Assembly: GCA_964637135.1 (NCBI GenBank)
Contig: CAZWTX010000021.1
Coordinates: 1-44,753, forward strand
Direction of reading: 5' to 3'
Source of the DNA: an uncultured Methanospirillum sp.
GTDB lineage: Archaea; Halobacteriota; Methanomicrobia; Methanomicrobiales; Methanospirillaceae
Length of the DNA stretch: 44,753 bases
This document shows positions 39,767-44,753 of the stretch, in pieces. The position numbers and the translations under genes are program-made. Below the pieces are notes generated by a model that saw only the letters and a list, made by a program, of their open reading frames with translations, was not told the origin of the DNA and made no database searches. Position 1 is the stretch's first letter, and every line of letters starts with the position of its first letter.

Positions 39767-40064
39767 CCGGCCCCTTTTTCTCTTTTCGGTGTGGTTTTTG
39801 CTCTATCACCATAACCTGCTGACCGGATATGGACAATCTCACGGAATGCCGTAATTCATTGGTTCCTCCTGCCGACGAGAAGGACAAACGATCTCTGTTT
39901 ACCCTGTTTCAGGAGCATGTTTTTCGTATCTGTGACGGGAAGGAGGGGTTCGTAATTCCGGCTAAAAGTGGTACAGGTATCCCACAGAACAAACTACTAT
40001 ATACCGGAGATACGATTAGAAACATCTCAATAACACTCCGGGTACCTCCCAGACCGGACCGACG

Positions 40065-41828
40065 ATGCGAGGAGTCATGTTCTCTATTCCCCTGATCAAC
40101 AACAATACCGGTTTTCGCAAACATCTGCTGACCCTGGCGGTTGTTCTGACAATCATCGTGGTACTCAGTTCCCCGGTTGCCGGCGCGAGGGACGTGAACG
40201 TGGCCGTCACCGATCTCAAACCCTCGCTCTTCACTGATACGCAGGGAAAACCTACCGGTTTTTTCGTTGACCTGATCGAGGATATGGCCGGTCAGGAAGA
40301 CTGGCATGTCACCTGGGTCAGGGGGACACTTACCGAGAGCTGGAAGCGGCTGGCTGACGGGGAGATCGATCTCATGCCCGGGGTCACCGTTACCCAGGAG
40401 CGTCTTGCGGTATATGACTTCAGTAATGAATCAGCATTTTCCGTCTGGTTACAGGTATACGCACGTCCCGGCGCAGGTATTAACACGATCCTGGATCTCG
40501 ACGGAAAAACCATCGCGACGGTGAGCGGTTCGTCAAGCGACACCGGCTTTCGGGATTATGCCCACAAGTTCGGGGTCAATGCCACGTATCTTCCCCAGGA
40601 TACCCCCATCGAAACCTTTGCCGCCGTGGCAGGGGGTGAGGCGGATGCCCTGGTTGTGTATAATACTGCAGGGCATGAGGATGCAAAGACATACGGTCTT
40701 GTCGAGACACCCGTGATGTTCAATCCTTCCCAGTTCGTGTTTGCTGTTCCGAAAGGGAAGAATCAGGATCTCCTGAAGATCATCGATCGGTATATTGCAA
40801 AAGGAAAAACCAGCCCGTCTTCGACATACAGCCGGTCCATGCAGAAGTGGTTCGGGGTACAGGCGGGTGATATAATTCCCTCCTGGCTCTGGTGGGGCCT
40901 TGGAGGGATTGGCGGGTTTGCCTGTCTCTTTTTAGCCATGAGTTTCCTCCTCCGGCGGGAAGTCCGCCGCAAGACCGCAGAGCTGGCCAGCCAGAACGAG
41001 GAACTGCAGGCAGAGGTTGCAAGCCGTACCCATGCGGAAGCAGAACTTGTTCAGAAAAACGAGGAACTGCAGGCTGCCTACGAACAACTGAAAGGCAAGG
41101 ACCGGGAACTCGGGGAAAATTACCAGGAACTCATGAGAAGCGAGAAAGCTCTGATCCAGGCACGGAAAAAACTGAACCTGCTCAACACCCTTACGTTCCA
41201 GGATATTCAGAACGCGTTTTTCATCCTTGCCGGGTATATCCAGCTCTCAAAGGAAGCTGCAGGGTGCATCGAGGAGGCACAGAAACATCTGAAAAAAGGA
41301 GAAAATGTCCTGCAATCAGTGGAAGGTGCCCTTTCCTTTGCAGAGAAATACCAGAACCTCGGGATCAGCCAGCCCCGGTGGCAGGATGTCGTCTACGTTC
41401 TCGTGAGTGCTGTCTCTCACCTGGACTTTTCAGGGATCTCGCGAAAAGTAACTATGCCTGACATCGAGATTTACGCCGACCCGTTGCTGGAGGATGTCTT
41501 TCTTGCCCTCATGGAAAAGATCATCTCACCTGACGCCGGCGTATCCACTATCACCCTTCGTTGTCGGAAGAATGACGGGAGTATTACCATCATAATTGAA
41601 GCGGACGGCACCGGAATTCCTCCGGAGGAGAAAGAAAAACTCTTTACCCGTGAACACGCAGGGAAAGGAGGCACCAGTCTCTTCCTCGCCAGGGAAATCC
41701 TCTCGATCACTGATATATCCCTGGATGAAACCGGAACGGCGGGGACAGGGATCTGCTTTGAGATTACGGTACCGGATGGGGAGGTTCGGGTTAAGGTGAC
41801 GGAAGAGGAGCCGGATACCAGGGGATGA
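40065..41828 (+). CDS. Membrane sensor: amino-acid-type solute-binding domain, TM helix, coiled coil and degenerate histidine-kinase module
   Basis: SBP family 3 'GFFVDLIE...L.DGEIDL...V.VT.ER...YDFS'; TM 'WLWWGLGGIGGFACLFLAMSFLL'; HisKA/HATPase-like C-terminus with altered H, N, G1 and G2 boxes. Confidence 0.85.
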   Translation: MRGVMFSIPLINNNTGFRKHLLTLAVVLTIIVVLSSPVAGARDVNVAVTDLKPSLFTDTQGKPTGFFVDLIEDMAGQEDWHVTWVRGTLTESWKRLADGEIDLMPGVTVTQERLAVYDFSNESAFSVWLQVYARPGAGINTILDLDGKTIATVSGSSSDTGFRDYAHKFGVNATYLPQDTPIETFAAVAGGEADALVVYNTAGHEDAKTYGLVETPVMFNPSQFVFAVPKGKNQDLLKIIDRYIAKGKTSPSSTYSRSMQKWFGVQAGDIIPSWLWWGLGGIGGFACLFLAMSFLLRREVRRKTAELASQNEELQAEVASRTHAEAELVQKNEELQAAYEQLKGKDRELGENYQELMRSEKALIQARKKLNLLNTLTFQDIQNAFFILAGYIQLSKEAAGCIEEAQKHLKKGENVLQSVEGALSFAEKYQNLGISQPRWQDVVYVLVSAVSHLDFSGISRKVTMPDIEIYADPLLEDVFLALMEKIISPDAGVSTITLRCRKNDGSITIIIEADGTGIPPEEKEKLFTREHAGKGGTSLFLAREILSITDISLDETGTAGTGICFEITVPDGEVRVKVTEEEPDTRG

Positions 41829-41983
41829 TCCCCCCGCTTTTTTATAGGAAAGGATCTCCTGTACCGGATGAAAAAGCGGCGTTACGGCGTCAAATAGTAC
41901 AAATCTAATCCAGATCCACATGTTTCCTTAAGTTTTTATGTCCTGGATTGGTATTATTATGTAAAAATTGAGATAGAAAGGAT

Positions 41984-42778
41984 ATGTCTTTTATCAATAC
42001 TGGTTTTACTCCAACGATGAAAGGGGTTGGTATCGGTTTTGCATTTTGTCTCGTTTCACTTCTTGTGTACCTGACTATCTTTCAGGGTGCCGGAACGCTA
42101 TTCTATTGGTTTGCATTATTCTTTTTTATCATCGGTCCGCTCGTAGCGGGATTTATAACGATGAGTCGGTTAAATGACAATAAGATCCGTGGATTCGGAA
42201 TTTCAGTAATACTGGTACTGGGAACAGCCCTCATTTTTTTCATACTGGTATATGCAATCGGTATCGTCTTTCTTATCAATACCATTAATCTCCCGGGAAT
42301 GTCCAACGAAACCTACCAGATCGAGAATTTGCCTCCCGATACCATCTATACCATCCCGGGAGGGGCCAGGGGGATCCTGGTGAAAGAGGATACGAATACG
42401 GCGGTTGTAGCCATTATCGATACTGTTAGTTACCAGCATCCCGGTACGGTCCTTTTGATACAGAAAAATGAGGGGGACATCCTGTGGAGCATTGATGTAC
42501 CTAGTGATAATATCGCTGTAGCCATGGACAATGACACCGCCTACATCTTTCACCATGGTATTGGATATTTTATTACCAAAAATACGGGTGAACAATTGAA
42601 TAAATTTCTTTCCATGGATAATTACTGCACGAATTCGATGGGAAAATTCCAGACAACCGGGATAATATCCACCTGGAACAGAGATGGCACGGTGAAGTCT
42701 CTGAACCGTCTGACCTTCAACGGGATTGTAAATGGATTCTTTATTCGCGGGGACACGGAGGAAGTTTTGAGATTATGA
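41984..42778 (+). CDS. Hypothetical membrane protein (about three N-terminal TM helices plus a soluble beta-rich domain)
   Basis: 264-aa ORF, hydrophobic first 100 aa, GAAAGGA upstream; AT-rich. Confidence 0.7.
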   Translation: MSFINTGFTPTMKGVGIGFAFCLVSLLVYLTIFQGAGTLFYWFALFFFIIGPLVAGFITMSRLNDNKIRGFGISVILVLGTALIFFILVYAIGIVFLINTINLPGMSNETYQIENLPPDTIYTIPGGARGILVKEDTNTAVVAIIDTVSYQHPGTVLLIQKNEGDILWSIDVPSDNIAVAMDNDTAYIFHHGIGYFITKNTGEQLNKFLSMDNYCTNSMGKFQTTGIISTWNRDGTVKSLNRLTFNGIVNGFFIRGDTEEVLRL

Positions 42779-43002
42779 TCGTTTCACGTGATGATTCAGA
42801 AAGTGGTGGTAAAACCAGCCACAAGCCAATTCAATGACAGAACAACAACCGGGATCCTGAAGCGATTCCCGATTTTGAAATGAATTGTCTTCAAATCCCG
42901 AGGACGGCTGATAGAATGATGCGGCTGAAATAAACATACGGAAATCAGTGTTCTGTGCTGATTGTCCCGGCCCCGGGAAAATCAATTCCTGCCATTTCAA
43001 AG

Positions 43003-43061
43003 AAAAAAAGGGGCACCCTGGCAGGATGGTATCAGTACCCCTGAACCCCAATCCTGCCAGG
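43003..43061 (-). terminator. Hairpin plus U-tract downstream of katG
   Basis: Perfect 11-bp IR CCTGGCAGGAT (43017-43027)/ATCCTGCCAGG (43051-43061), followed on the minus strand by a T7 tract (43003-43009). Confidence 0.55.
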
Positions 43062-43113
43062 AAGGATCAATACAACACCCGTGGGGACGGAGAAATCCCG
43101 TACCTGATCCCGT

Positions 43114-44753
<1,640 letters not shown>

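Noticed and set aside
39829..40095. 88-aa ORF upstream of the sensor gene
   Set aside because: No motif or RBS; overlaps the likely promoter and start of the next gene

Overview
Archaeal chromosomal window, most likely from a hydrogenotrophic methanogen of the Methanomicrobiales (Methanospirillum-like; inferred from gene content). It is mostly housekeeping: a hypothetical-smc-scpA operon, a bacterial-type folate operon glyA-folD-folP ending in a CofE-family ligase, a subtilase, RPA with its associated protein, cbiZ, pyrF, deoxyhypusine synthase, tiaS, an HTH regulator with thermosome, cheW, a soluble chemoreceptor, rimI, DUF1015, the tetrapyrrole operon sirC-hemA-hemB-hemL-hemC-cobA, tRNA-Gly(GCC) and a 5'-truncated katG. 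I saw no CRISPR array, IS element or integrase. Best leads: (1) a stand-alone 122-aa Cys-rich protein carrying only the NrdD glycyl-radical tail, a possible 'spare part' for class III RNR; (2) TiaS fused in frame to a complete GNAT domain, near deoxyhypusine synthase; (3) a CofE paralogue in the FolC position of the folate operon; (4) an unlisted 46-aa zinc-ribbon microprotein; (5) three tandem secreted protease-less PPC-like paralogues; (6) a receiver-PAS-PAS chemoreceptor and a sensor pseudokinase; (7) a small coiled-coil gene heading an smc-scpA operon with no adjacent scpB. All assignments come from motif recognition by eye; no searches were run.
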